Positions 1 through 9,672 of a DNA stretch of 64,000 nt are shown here, in pieces. The stretch comes from an archaeon BMS3Abin17 (GTDB taxonomy: Archaea > Nanobdellota > Nanobdellia > Pacearchaeales > GW2011-AR1), in NCBI GenBank assembly GCA_002897655.1, contig BDTJ01000044.1, forward strand, positions 1,605-65,604, written 5' to 3'. Position 1 is the stretch's first letter. The number at the start of each line of letters is the position of its first letter. The notes under the pieces were generated by a model. The model had not been told where the DNA came from. It did not search any database and worked only from the letters and a program-made list of their open reading frames with translations. A program made the position numbers and the translations under genes.

Positions 1-87
1 ATAACCCATATATTTTCCTTTTTCTGCAGTATCTGTATCTACAAAAACATCCATTACAGCAGAGCCAAAAGTTATCACATCATACAT
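1..87 (-). CDS. PfkB/ribokinase-family carbohydrate kinase, 5' part (runs off window)
   Basis: Manual translation MYDVITFGSAVMDVFVDTD.. matches the PfkB N-terminal G-S-x-x-x-D pattern; directly follows the PGI gene. Confidence 0.7.
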   Translation of the reverse strand, partial: MYDVITFGSAVMDVFVDTDTAEKGKYMGY

Positions 88-89
88 TT

Positions 90-524
90 TTATTTAAACA
101 CCCTTTTTTTAAACTTGAAATTATAATCATGTCCTGTATCTTTTGAGTATATAGTCAATATCTCAAATCTTTTATTCCCTGTATTAATCAATCTATGCCC
201 TTGATTTTTGGGAATAATATACACTTCTCCTTTTTTCATGCTGATTAGTTTTGCTTTTGCTCCTTGCAACAAAAGTTTTCCTTTTCCGCTTAAAGGAATA
301 TAAATCTCTCTTGACGGTTTTTTATGCCTATGACCTTTTGTCATATAAAACTCCTTATTTATTGTTCCTGGTTCAATTACAGTTAGCCCTGTTTCATATG
401 TTCTGAAATCATTAATATAAACAGTATAGAGTAAAGGATTTCCCCTGACTCCTTTTGTGTTTTTGAATCTGTCTTTCATGTCGTTGAGTTTTCTTACTGT
501 CTTTTTTTCGTATTCTTTTTTCAT
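90..524 (-). CDS. Cupin-type glucose-6-phosphate isomerase
   Basis: T-x-I-x-P-G..E-x-Y-M-T-K-G-H-x-H..E-x-Y and GHR motifs of archaeal cupin PGI; glycolytic context. Confidence 0.8.
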   Translation of the reverse strand: MKKEYEKKTVRKLNDMKDRFKNTKGVRGNPLLYTVYINDFRTYETGLTVIEPGTINKEFYMTKGHRHKKPSREIYIPLSGKGKLLLQGAKAKLISMKKGEVYIIPKNQGHRLINTGNKRFEILTIYSKDTGHDYNFKFKKRVFK

Positions 525-1645
525 CGCAATGCCTCCAGACCAGGAAGTTTTTCACCTGCAATATATCTCAGTAAAGCTCCACCACTCAGGCTGACATTAT
601 CAAATTTCCCCAATTTTATGCGTGATTTTTTAACAGCATCACTTAAGTGTCCACCACCAATTATAGAGTGTCCTTTGTTCTTTGCAATTGCTTTTAATAT
701 GGTAAATGTTCCATTACAGAATTTTCCATCTGCACAAAACCCAACAGGACCTTTCATGTAGATTGAATTTGCTTTTTGTATCTCTTCTATGAAGTTTTTC
801 ATTGTTTTTTCTCCAATATCATAAATTTCATATTTACTTGGAAACTCTTCTAAACTCAGTTCTTTTCTTCTGCTCCTGATTTTAACTGCGAAATCAACAG
901 GTGTCTGAACACCTTTTAGCCTCTTTTTCAACTTACTTATTAAATACAACTTGTCTTTTAAATATTTATTCTGGGCTCCAAGGTTCTTTCCTTTGGAAAT
1001 AAGACATAACTGGCCAAATAACCCACATGCAAGGGATTTTTTTCCTTTCAGGAGTTTCATATTCTCTTCTGGTTTTGCCCCTCCAAGAACATAAAGGCAG
1101 TTTTTGAGATTAATTTTTTTCAGTGATTTAACTTCTTTTTCTAAGAGTCTGCCTGCACAATTCATTAGATATTTTGGAAAACCAACAATAGATGTGTGCT
1201 TCCTATGACATACTGAAAATGCATCATTAACATAAATATCAAATAAAGGAACCAGATTTTTGATTAATCTATTTTGTTTTCCATTAAAATTAAACTCGTC
1301 CTTAAGAAATCTTATATTTTCTAAGAGCAGTGCTTGTCCTGGCTTAAGGTTTTTAATTTCTTTTAATGCTTTTTTGCCAATTATATCATTGACAAATTTT
1401 ACTTTAGTGAACTTGCTTAGGAGCCTGGAATGTTGTTTCAGGCTTGTGAAATATCTGTCTTTGGGTCTTCCTTGGTGTGCAATAATAACAACTTTTGCTT
1501 TTTTCTTTTTCAATTCAGAGATTGTTTCAGAAGCTCTTTTTATTCTTTCTGACATTAAAACTTTTTTATTTACAACATCTGAATTTAAATCAGTCCGCAA
1601 TAGAACTCTCTTATCCCTGAAATTATATGAAGATAGAGTTTTCAT
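521..1645 (-). CDS. pgk: Phosphoglycerate kinase
   Basis: RTDLNS, AHQGRP, LLENIRF, NDAFSVCHR, GGAK and SLSGGA motifs. Confidence 0.95.
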   Translation of the reverse strand: MKTLSSYNFRDKRVLLRTDLNSDVVNKKVLMSERIKRASETISELKKKKAKVVIIAHQGRPKDRYFTSLKQHSRLLSKFTKVKFVNDIIGKKALKEIKNLKPGQALLLENIRFLKDEFNFNGKQNRLIKNLVPLFDIYVNDAFSVCHRKHTSIVGFPKYLMNCAGRLLEKEVKSLKKINLKNCLYVLGGAKPEENMKLLKGKKSLACGLFGQLCLISKGKNLGAQNKYLKDKLYLISKLKKRLKGVQTPVDFAVKIRSRRKELSLEEFPSKYEIYDIGEKTMKNFIEEIQKANSIYMKGPVGFCADGKFCNGTFTILKAIAKNKGHSIIGGGHLSDAVKKSRIKLGKFDNVSLSGGALLRYIAGEKLPGLEALR

Positions 1646-1654
1646 CTTCAGTTC

Positions 1655-2644
1655 TCATTTAAACTTCCCTAATAATTTTATCAACTCAACCATTCTTGCA
1701 CTATAACCATACTCATTATCGTACCACGCAAGTATTTTTACAGTATTCCCAATCACAATTGTTGAAAGACCATCAATAATAGAAGAATGTGGATTTCTTA
1801 TAACATCAGAAGAGACAATCTCATCTTCTGTGTATTCTAAGATTCCTTTTAATTTTCCAGAAGCATTTTTTCTTAGTGTATTGTTTAATTGCTCTTTTGT
1901 AACACTTTTATTTAACTCAGCTACAAAATCAACAATACTTCCACAGGCAACAGGAACTCTAAGAGCCAATCCATCTAATTTTCCTTTCAGGTTTGGAATC
2001 ACCTGTATTGTTGCAGTTGTTGCTCCAGATGTTGTTGGAACAATGTTTGTTGCAGCTGCTCTCCCTCTTCTTATTTTTCTATGTGAAGAGTCAAGAATTC
2101 TCTGGCTGGTTGTATATGCATGAACCGTTGTCATAAACCCTTTTTTTATTCCATAAGTATCTTCCAATACTTTTGCAAGAGGAGCCAGGCAATTAGTAGT
2201 GCAGCTTGCCATTGAGATTATTTTATGCTGTTTTTTAAGTTTGTCCTGATTGACTCCAAGGACAATAGTAATATCTGCACTTTTAGAAGCTGCAGAAATA
2301 ATAACTTTTTTGGCACCTGCCTTTAGGTGTTTTTCAGCATCTTTTCTTTTTCTAAATAATCCTGTTGATTCAATAACCAAATCTATTCCAAGCTTTTTCC
2401 ATGGAAGTTTTGCAGGATCTGCTTCACTTAAGACTTTTATCTTTTTCCCATTAATCTTTACAAAATCCTTCCCAAATTCAACTTTCTTATCATATTTTCC
2501 ATATACAGAATCATATTTTAATAAATAAGCAAGTGTTTTAGCTCCAGACATATTATTCACTGCAACAACATTAACTCCTTTTTCCAGAGCTATTTTAAAG
2601 ACATTCCTTCCAATTCGTCCAAGACCATTAATTGCTACTTTGAT
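1655..2644 (-). CDS. gap: Type I (bacterial-type) glyceraldehyde-3-phosphate dehydrogenase
   Basis: ASCTTNCLAP and WYDNEYGYS motifs; frame extends upstream of the ORF-track start to (I)KVAINGLGRIG, whose first codon is ATC at 2644. Confidence 0.93.
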   Translation of the reverse strand: MKVAINGLGRIGRNVFKIALEKGVNVVAVNNMSGAKTLAYLLKYDSVYGKYDKKVEFGKDFVKINGKKIKVLSEADPAKLPWKKLGIDLVIESTGLFRKRKDAEKHLKAGAKKVIISAASKSADITIVLGVNQDKLKKQHKIISMASCTTNCLAPLAKVLEDTYGIKKGFMTTVHAYTTSQRILDSSHRKIRRGRAAATNIVPTTSGATTATIQVIPNLKGKLDGLALRVPVACGSIVDFVAELNKSVTKEQLNNTLRKNASGKLKGILEYTEDEIVSSDVIRNPHSSIIDGLSTIVIGNTVKILAWYDNEYGYSARMVELIKLLGKFK

Positions 2645-2742
2645 TTTTACACTTACCTCTTTTATAATTCACTAAAGAAATCACATTTAATAAAGGTTTT
2701 GATAAAAGATAATCTTATAAAGAAATATTTATATTAATAAAT

Positions 2743-3234
2743 ATGAAATATAAAAAAGAAGAATATGTCTGGCTATTATTAAGAATTAGCATGGCATTTA
2801 TCTTTTTATGGCCCTTTTTTGATAAATTATTTGGTTTGGGTTTTGCTACTACTCCTGATAAGGCGTGGATTGCAGGAAACTCTCCAACATATGGCTTTCT
2901 TGCATTTGGCACTCACGGACCATTTGCTGGTTTCTTCCAGAGTCTTGCAGGCTCTGCTTTTGTAGACTGGTTATTTATGATGGGTTTATTGTTGATTGGG
3001 CTGGCTTTATTACTTGGAATATTTACAAGATTAGCTTGCTATTATGGTTCTTTAATGTTGTTTTTAATGTGGCTTGCTCTTATTCCTCCAGAACACAATC
3101 CTTTTTTAGATGACCACATTATTTATGCACTAATATTAATTGGCATTGCAATAACAAAAACAAGAAAGATATACAGTCTTGAATCTTTGTGGTCTAAACT
3201 TAAATTAGTTAAGAAATATTCTATTTTGAGATAA
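2743..3234 (+). CDS. DoxX/DoxD-family membrane protein
   Basis: LLRISMAFIFLW..DK, GLALLLG..TRLA; four hydrophobic segments. Confidence 0.75.
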   Translation: MKYKKEEYVWLLLRISMAFIFLWPFFDKLFGLGFATTPDKAWIAGNSPTYGFLAFGTHGPFAGFFQSLAGSAFVDWLFMMGLLLIGLALLLGIFTRLACYYGSLMLFLMWLALIPPEHNPFLDDHIIYALILIGIAITKTRKIYSLESLWSKLKLVKKYSILR

Positions 3235-5490
3235 TTATCCTGCAATACCTACTGCCTCTTCTGCATAACCATAATAACCATTATTTGTACTTGGCAGTTC
3301 AACACTATTAATCTCATCTAAATCATCATCTAAATCATTTGCTTTTATGATTTTTTGAGAGATTGTATAGAGTATATTATCCATGTACAGGCTTCTTCTG
3401 ATTCTTGTGCCATAATCATAAGCATATCCTCTCTTAAGCTCGTCTTCTTCTGTTACATGAGTTATTCTTTCTATTAGGTCAAAGCCATCTTCAAGATTGA
3501 TATTATATACATAAGCTCCCTGGAAAGTATATTCTCCATATTGAGAACCATATGTTTTGTTTTCAATCTCATAAAGCTCTATGGGAATTACTAAGAGTTC
3601 TTTTTCTCTGTCAAACAAGAATGCTTTAGGGTCATTAAGTGCTTCTGAGTTTGTTCCCCTATCTCCAATAATAATTTTATGCATTTCTATTGGGTTTTCT
3701 ACATCAGAAACATCAAATATCGCCATCTTTACTCCCTGATACCATGCAAAGTCCCCTTTTTCTGCTTCTTCTGTGTCTTTACCAATTCCAATTATGTGGT
3801 TCTCATCATAAGGGTGCAGATAATTTGAATATCCGGGAATCTTTAATTTGCCTAAAACTTCTGGGTTTTCCGAGTCACTTAAGTCAATTACAAATAAAGG
3901 GTCTACTTTTTTGAAAGTCACCATATACACTCTTTCTCCCATAAATCTCACAGAATATATGCTTTCTCCAGGAGCAAGACCTTCAAGTTCTCCGATTAAA
4001 TTCAAGTTTTCATCAAGAACATAAACATTATTTTGAGTTGAAGACCTTCTTGGGGCTATATCATTTGTGCTTGCAATAATATTAGAATCTCTTGAAGTTG
4101 TAGCAATTCTGAAATTATCATCATACTCATCCATTGAAAACTGATTCAGAATACGTCCTGGAACTTCTCCAGAAGCAACATAATTTATCTCAAGCTTATC
4201 AATAGAAGTTTTGTGTATTATTGTTTTTTCCTGATTATCATCCATTCCCCTATACCAGCCACCATATTTGTATTGGGTTGTATAGATATTATCCTGAGAA
4301 ACATAAATGTTAGAAGAATAGCCGTTTAACATTGTTTCCTGAGTTGTTTCTCCATTATCAATATCTATTCCCAATATAATTGTGTATTGAAATGAATTAT
4401 CTTTAATATCCGAGTAAGCTATTTCCGGAGGTTCTATAACTTCTGTCACTTCATCTTCAATAACTACAGGCAATACAATATCATTTCCATAAACATGCTG
4501 ATTTGTGATAACATATACGTAATCTTTTATCATTCTTGAGCTAATATAATTTCCAGTAACTGATATTTCATGTTCTAATTCAGGTTCTTCTCTATCTGAA
4601 ACATCATAGATGTATATTTTTGTTAGGGTTTCTCTACCTGATGGACAACCCCCATAACATCTTTCAGATGCATAATTAACTTGAGAAGATTCTGTTGAAA
4701 ATATAATCAACTTGTCATCATTAATGAAAATATTACTTACATAATTACTAAGTTCAATCTCACTTAGTATTTCCATATCTTCTGCAGGATATGCTTTTAC
4801 AATAATTACTTTATTTCCTGAAGCAGTGTATATATATTTGCCATCATTTTTTACTATGTCTGCTTCATCAACTCCTTCAACCTGGATGTTTGTCTCTGAA
4901 TATTCGTCTGCTCCGCCTGCACTTTGACCACTAACCCTGGCAGTAGATGCCTCCATTGCCACATCTGTGCTTCCTTTGAACATACTAAAAACACCCCCAT
5001 AATCTTTTGGACTAATAGTATTTTTTTCTATGAAATTTTCCATATCTTTAATAGAGTCAAATGTATTTGTCTGGTTTTGATAACCAGGTCCTTCTAATAT
5101 ATAGGAAAATAAGATTATATTAACCACAAGCACTGCTGCAATTAAAGGTATTATTGTTTTAAGAGCGGTAAGGGTTGGCTTTGATCTGGGAGAGATTACA
5201 ATGTGTTTTTTAGCTACTTTGTACATAGGGATTTTCCTCCCCTTTTTGCTCCAAAAGAAGTTCTTTGTTTTTTCAACCAAGCCAACCCCCATGAGTTTTT
5301 TAAGATTATATTCTGTTGTGTTTAGTGGGATTCCTAAAGTATCTGCAATATCTTTTTCACTTGCCTCTTTTGTTTCTGATAGATGATTAAGAATCTTTTT
5401 GCATGTCTTGTTTCCAATAACTTCTGCGACTTTCTTTGATTTTTCGTCATTCAGGTTCATCATTATGAATTTATCATCCATGACATTCAT
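3235..5490 (-). CDS. ArsR-like wHTH - transmembrane helix - beta-propeller domain protein
   Basis: N-terminal wHTH (SEKDIADTLGIPLNTTEYNLKKL), TM helix IIPLIAAVLVVNIILF, then YSETNIQVEGVDEADIVKNDG, NQFSMDE, VDPLFVIDL and KIPGYSNYLHP motifs of the secreted beta-propeller family. Confidence 0.8.
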   Translation of the reverse strand: MNVMDDKFIMMNLNDEKSKKVAEVIGNKTCKKILNHLSETKEASEKDIADTLGIPLNTTEYNLKKLMGVGLVEKTKNFFWSKKGRKIPMYKVAKKHIVISPRSKPTLTALKTIIPLIAAVLVVNIILFSYILEGPGYQNQTNTFDSIKDMENFIEKNTISPKDYGGVFSMFKGSTDVAMEASTARVSGQSAGGADEYSETNIQVEGVDEADIVKNDGKYIYTASGNKVIIVKAYPAEDMEILSEIELSNYVSNIFINDDKLIIFSTESSQVNYASERCYGGCPSGRETLTKIYIYDVSDREEPELEHEISVTGNYISSRMIKDYVYVITNQHVYGNDIVLPVVIEDEVTEVIEPPEIAYSDIKDNSFQYTIILGIDIDNGETTQETMLNGYSSNIYVSQDNIYTTQYKYGGWYRGMDDNQEKTIIHKTSIDKLEINYVASGEVPGRILNQFSMDEYDDNFRIATTSRDSNIIASTNDIAPRRSSTQNNVYVLDENLNLIGELEGLAPGESIYSVRFMGERVYMVTFKKVDPLFVIDLSDSENPEVLGKLKIPGYSNYLHPYDENHIIGIGKDTEEAEKGDFAWYQGVKMAIFDVSDVENPIEMHKIIIGDRGTNSEALNDPKAFLFDREKELLVIPIELYEIENKTYGSQYGEYTFQGAYVYNINLEDGFDLIERITHVTEEDELKRGYAYDYGTRIRRSLYMDNILYTISQKIIKANDLDDDLDEINSVELPSTNNGYYGYAEEAVGIAG

Positions 5491-5596
5491 AGAAAAAAGG
5501 TGTTTATAAACGCAGCGAAGAGTTCAAAGGGAATTGAAGTTATGGGTGTTTTGATAGCCAAAGCAGTGTGCTAGAATTTTTTTACCATAAATTCTT

Positions 5597-6085
5597 TTAT
5601 TTCGCATTGAAAATATCATGATGAGGTTTGCTGTTTCTAAAACTTTCAATTTCATACTGAGAGGGACTTCTTCCATCTATAGCCCTTGCTAATATCTTTG
5701 CAAAATTACTCCCAGAGATATCGTAGAAGGCTTTAAATCTCATTCTTTGTTCAAGATTATCTTTCATAATTCTATTAATGTATTTGAAATTAGGAAGTTC
5801 AACAATAAAAAGATTATCTATTTTTGAAATCCAATTAGAAGGATAAACACAAGCTTCATATAAGTCTGATTTATTACTCCAATCACCAAAAATAATTAAA
5901 TCTGTTTCTTTGTAAAAATCTTCCCAGCATAATGAATACTCTTTGATAGGGCTTTCATATGTGGAAATTTCTGGGTTCCTTGGATTTTCAATATCATCTT
6001 CATAAGGAAGGTATAATAATCTTTGTTTTGATTGTATTTTAACTTTTGAACCTGTTTTTAAGGATTCTAATAATGCAGTTTTCAT
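5597..6085 (-). CDS. Hypothetical protein
   Basis: 162-aa ORF with a TATA-like element about 25 nt upstream. Confidence 0.55.
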   Translation of the reverse strand: MKTALLESLKTGSKVKIQSKQRLLYLPYEDDIENPRNPEISTYESPIKEYSLCWEDFYKETDLIIFGDWSNKSDLYEACVYPSNWISKIDNLFIVELPNFKYINRIMKDNLEQRMRFKAFYDISGSNFAKILARAIDGRSPSQYEIESFRNSKPHHDIFNAK

Positions 6086-6199
6086 AAAAAATGAGAACCT
6101 GAGTTTATTTAAAAACTTTTGTTATCTGTGTTTGAAGTTATATCCTAAATTAACAGAAAATATTATAAACAAGAGAATTGTTTTATCATTATAAAAAAG

Positions 6200-6436
6200 A
6201 TGGTTGTTACAATTTATTCAACACCTACATGTCCGCACTGTATTGTTGCAAAAGAGTTCTTCAAGGAAAAGGGAATAAAATACAAAGATATTGATGTTTC
6301 TAAAGATGAAAAAGCAGCAGAAGAAATGGTGAGAAAATCAGGACAGAGAGGAGTTCCTGTTATAGATATAGATGGCAAGATTATTGTTGGGTTTGAAAGA
6401 GATAAGGTTGCTAAGCTGTTGGGTATTAAGGATTAG
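6200..6436 (+). CDS. Glutaredoxin-like protein (NrdH/YruB type)
   Basis: YSTPTCPHC, GQRGVPVI, IVGF. Confidence 0.9.
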   Translation: MVVTIYSTPTCPHCIVAKEFFKEKGIKYKDIDVSKDEKAAEEMVRKSGQRGVPVIDIDGKIIVGFERDKVAKLLGIKD

Positions 6437-6470
6437 ATAATTTTAAAACTCTCAATTTTATTTCTATATT

Positions 6471-6740
6471 ATGAAACATCCAGACAAAGTTGTGGGATTT
6501 AATGGAAGCTTAGATGAATTAATAGATTCAATTGGAAATTTAAGATATGATGTATTGGCTAAACTATTAGAAAAACTAGCAGACAACATAGTAATGCAAG
6601 CAAAGGGTGATGAAAAAAGAGATAACGCACAATTAGCAAAAAGGTTATATGCCCATTCTGAAACATTATACAAAGCTGCAGAAGAGATGGAAAAAATTTG
6701 GAAACTTTGTGAACCTTATATGAATGTGGATAAAAAATGA
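6471..6740 (+). CDS. Hypothetical helical protein
   Basis: 89-aa ORF, ATGA-coupled to the next gene. Confidence 0.6.
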   Translation: MKHPDKVVGFNGSLDELIDSIGNLRYDVLAKLLEKLADNIVMQAKGDEKRDNAQLAKRLYAHSETLYKAAEEMEKIWKLCEPYMNVDKK

Positions 6741-7555
6741 AACTCGAATCAAAAATAAAGCAAACAATTCAAAAATATAAATTATGCAATAAGCGAGAGA
6801 AAGTTATTGTAGCTGTATCTGGAGGAAAAGACTCTACTGTTACTGCATATTTATTGAAGAAGTTTGGTTATAATGTTGAAGCATTTCACATTGATTTGAA
6901 AATAGGAAAATATAGTGAAAAATGCCTTGGTGCTGTGAAGGAGTTATGCAGTGATTTGGATATCAAACTTCACATCTATGACATGAAAAAAGAAATGGGT
7001 AGTGGTATGTGTTATCTCAGGACAGCTATTCAGGCAAAATCAGGAAAAACCAAATTAAAGAACTGCGCAATCTGCGGGGTAATTAAAAAATGGATTTTAA
7101 ATAAAACTGCAAGAAAACTAAAAGCAAGCAAGCTTGCAACAGGACATAATTTAGATGATGAAGCTCAGACTTTTTTAATGAATATATTTAAGGGAAGCCC
7201 GCAGTTAAGCGCAAATACAGGACCAATTTCAAGAAATATATCTGACAAAAAATTTATACCAAGAATAAAGCCATTATTTTATGTTGCTGAGAATGATGTA
7301 AGGGAGTATTCAAAAAAGAAAAAACTTCCGGTGGTATATGAAAAATGCCCTTGTGCCATTGATTCCTACAGGATACAGGTAAGAAAATTCCTAAACACAC
7401 TTCCAACAAAAGAAAAACAAAACATCATGAAAAATTTTGATAAAATTTCTGGAAAAATCCAAAAAGTCAAAAACACAAGGATTGAATATTGTGAAGTTTG
7501 TGGGGAGCCTGCAAGAAAAAACATCTGCAAGAAGTGTGAGTTGGTTGGGGTTTGA
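6737..7555 (+). CDS. tRNA 2-thiolation protein, TtuA/Ncs6 (TIGR00269-like) family
   Basis: PP-loop SGGKDS, CxxC, TGHNLDD, C-P-C and C-terminal CxxC..CxxC zinc finger. Confidence 0.88.
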   Translation: MKLESKIKQTIQKYKLCNKREKVIVAVSGGKDSTVTAYLLKKFGYNVEAFHIDLKIGKYSEKCLGAVKELCSDLDIKLHIYDMKKEMGSGMCYLRTAIQAKSGKTKLKNCAICGVIKKWILNKTARKLKASKLATGHNLDDEAQTFLMNIFKGSPQLSANTGPISRNISDKKFIPRIKPLFYVAENDVREYSKKKKLPVVYEKCPCAIDSYRIQVRKFLNTLPTKEKQNIMKNFDKISGKIQKVKNTRIEYCEVCGEPARKNICKKCELVGV

Positions 7556-7612
7556 GAGAAGTATACTATATTACAATAATCCTTAAGAAACTGATTTTAT
7601 TACAGTTTACGC

Positions 7613-8146
7613 ATGAAAGAAGATAATATCAGAAGAATATCAGATATGATCCCTAGAAGAGGAATTTCAAGAGATTCCAAAAAATATATTCTTCCCATAG
7701 TGAAAGAGTATTTTGGGGGCGTCTCATTAGGTAATCTAAGATCTTCTAGATATGGAAAAGTTCCTAACAAAATATATAGTAGAATTAAGCAGGTTAAAAA
7801 AGATATTAAAAATAAGAGTTTAGAAAAAATCGCACTTATTCTTGGAAAACACGTGTCAGAGTTTTCAGATGACCATGTATTCATAGATGCTGCTGTAAAA
7901 TTATTTCTTATGAATGATGAGATAGGGAAAGATTTCTTTAATACTTTAGACCTGGATGAGAAACAAAAGACATCTTTAAGAAAAGTGTATAAGCAAGATA
8001 AGTGGGATCGTATTGCTGGCGAACCTGAAAAGGAATATAAAGATGATGAAAAACCTGATATCTTTAACATATTAAAAACAATTTCGAAAGACCCTGGATT
8101 GTATGTATTTTTAAAAGATAAGATTATTGATAAGGATTTTCCTTAG
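7613..8146 (+). CDS. Hypothetical protein
   Basis: 177-aa ORF with TATA-like upstream element. Confidence 0.55.
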   Translation: MKEDNIRRISDMIPRRGISRDSKKYILPIVKEYFGGVSLGNLRSSRYGKVPNKIYSRIKQVKKDIKNKSLEKIALILGKHVSEFSDDHVFIDAAVKLFLMNDEIGKDFFNTLDLDEKQKTSLRKVYKQDKWDRIAGEPEKEYKDDEKPDIFNILKTISKDPGLYVFLKDKIIDKDFP

Positions 8147-8150
8147 ATAT

Positions 8151-8399
8151 TTATCTCTTTTTTCTTTTAGAAGACTTTTTTGATTTTATTTTCTTCATCT
8201 TTGAGAAAACAAATATGTATAATATAGGCAATATTCCTGCTGTGTTTAGAACCAATAAAGCGACAAACCATAATATTGAGTTCTTTCTGGCAGATTTCCA
8301 AAGTGCAACGCCCTTCCATGCAATTGTCCAGATTAGAAGAATAATTACTGAAGGAGTCAATCCCCCCATTGTAGCAAAACCTGTAAATGCCATTTTCAC
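8151..8399 (-). CDS. Small membrane protein, DUF5652-like
   Basis: W-x3-W-K-G-x-A-L-W-K-S-A-R..WF..N-T-x-G-I-L-P-I-x-Y pattern; basic tail. Confidence 0.75.
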   Translation of the reverse strand: MKMAFTGFATMGGLTPSVIILLIWTIAWKGVALWKSARKNSILWFVALLVLNTAGILPILYIFVFSKMKKIKSKKSSKRKKR

Positions 8400-8443
8400 C
8401 TCTTAGTTTACTAAGAGGAAATGGTTTATAAAATTACTTATTT

Positions 8444-8851
8444 CTAAAAACCGAGAAAGAGCCCTCTAAAAGGATGTAATTTCTTTCTTAGAGATTTTTT
8501 GATTTTAATATATTTTTCATCAGGAACATCTAAGTTTATTCCAAAATAACCTGGACGAGGCACACATCCACTATACACCGGAGGATTTGATGTATTATAA
8601 TAGATTTCTCCAGAGATATCCCCTGAAACTTTTGCTAAAACAAATCTAGTATCAAAAAGATCTAAATCCGAATCAATAGTCTCAACTGCAGTATTCCCTT
8701 CTTCTAATACTGTTTTTATATCATTTACAGTTTTTGATATTGATTTTTTACTATATTCTCCAGGAAAAGGCATCATCATTAAGCCAGTAGCTAGTAAGAG
8801 GGGTCCTCCCTTAATTTTATGCATTTCTATTGTTTTCATGTAAAATTTCAC
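8444..8851 (-). CDS. Hypothetical protein
   Basis: 135-aa ORF. Confidence 0.5.
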   Translation of the reverse strand: MKFYMKTIEMHKIKGGPLLLATGLMMMPFPGEYSKKSISKTVNDIKTVLEEGNTAVETIDSDLDLFDTRFVLAKVSGDISGEIYYNTSNPPVYSGCVPRPGYFGINLDVPDEKYIKIKKSLRKKLHPFRGLFLGF

Positions 8852-8871
8852 ATCTAATTTCTTTATAAATA

Positions 8872-9252
8872 TTACTTATTTCTAAACCCGACTGAGAGCA
8901 GGTAAATTAAAGAAGAAGATAATGCTCCAAGTGCATCAACTCCAATATCAAAAAAAGAGGAGTCTCTTCCAGGAATAAAATACTGGTGTAGCTCATCTGT
9001 TATCCCGTAAATTATAGAGATTATCAATGCTAAGATAAATATAGCATATTTTTTCTTCCCCTTGAGAGAAGAAATTTGCAAGAAAAGTGCAAAACAAAAG
9101 AAAGCAGAAAAATGATATAATGTTGAAAGCATGTTTATCCTGGATATTCCTGGACCAAAAGTTATTGTTGATATGTAAAATATAGCAATGGCTCCAATAA
9201 GGGTGACAACCCAAGAAATCTTGTTGTGTTTTTCAAACCACCTCAGCACCAT
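8872..9252 (-). CDS. VanZ-family membrane protein
   Basis: H-x3-F..YGITDELHQYFIPGR..D-x3-D motif. Confidence 0.85.
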   Translation of the reverse strand: MVLRWFEKHNKISWVVTLIGAIAIFYISTITFGPGISRINMLSTLYHFSAFFCFALFLQISSLKGKKKYAIFILALIISIIYGITDELHQYFIPGRDSSFFDIGVDALGALSSSLIYLLSVGFRNK

Positions 9253-9322
9253 AAAGTAGAATATAAAAAAGTATTTTTAAGGATTTATGTGATTTTTGAA
9301 CGGGAAGTATGAAAAATTTATT

Positions 9323-9535
9323 TTATTCTACAGAACCAATTGTTATATAAGTATAATCGCATTTAGTGCATTGATAAGTAATTTCATCTCCTTTTGAGTG
9401 AGTTCTGTCTACAACTATAATTTCCATGATTCTTCTTGGACATCTAGGACATTTAAGTTGATAAGGATATATTTTATCCACCCATTTCCCTGAGCTAATT
9501 AGATTAGTTAATTCATCTATTGTTAAAGTTGCCAT
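9323..9535 (-). CDS. Small zinc-ribbon protein
   Basis: CPRC...CTKC. Confidence 0.6.
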   Translation of the reverse strand: MATLTIDELTNLISSGKWVDKIYPYQLKCPRCPRRIMEIIVVDRTHSKGDEITYQCTKCDYTYITIGSVE

Positions 9536-9622
9536 AAGATGATGTGGATCTTTATATTTTTTAAGGATTTATGTGTTTTTGAACGGAAAGTGTAAAATGT
9601 TTAGCATATGTAGGCCTTGATA

Positions 9623-9664
9623 ATATGGGCACAAATAGAAAAGTTTATAAATACGTGCCCATAT
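9623..9664. promoter_or_regulatory. Inverted repeat operator bracketing the TATA box of the Fic gene
   Basis: ATATGGGCAC (9623-9632) and GTGCCCATAT (9655-9664) flank AAAAGTTTATAAA. Confidence 0.55.
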
Positions 9665-9672
9665 GATATACT

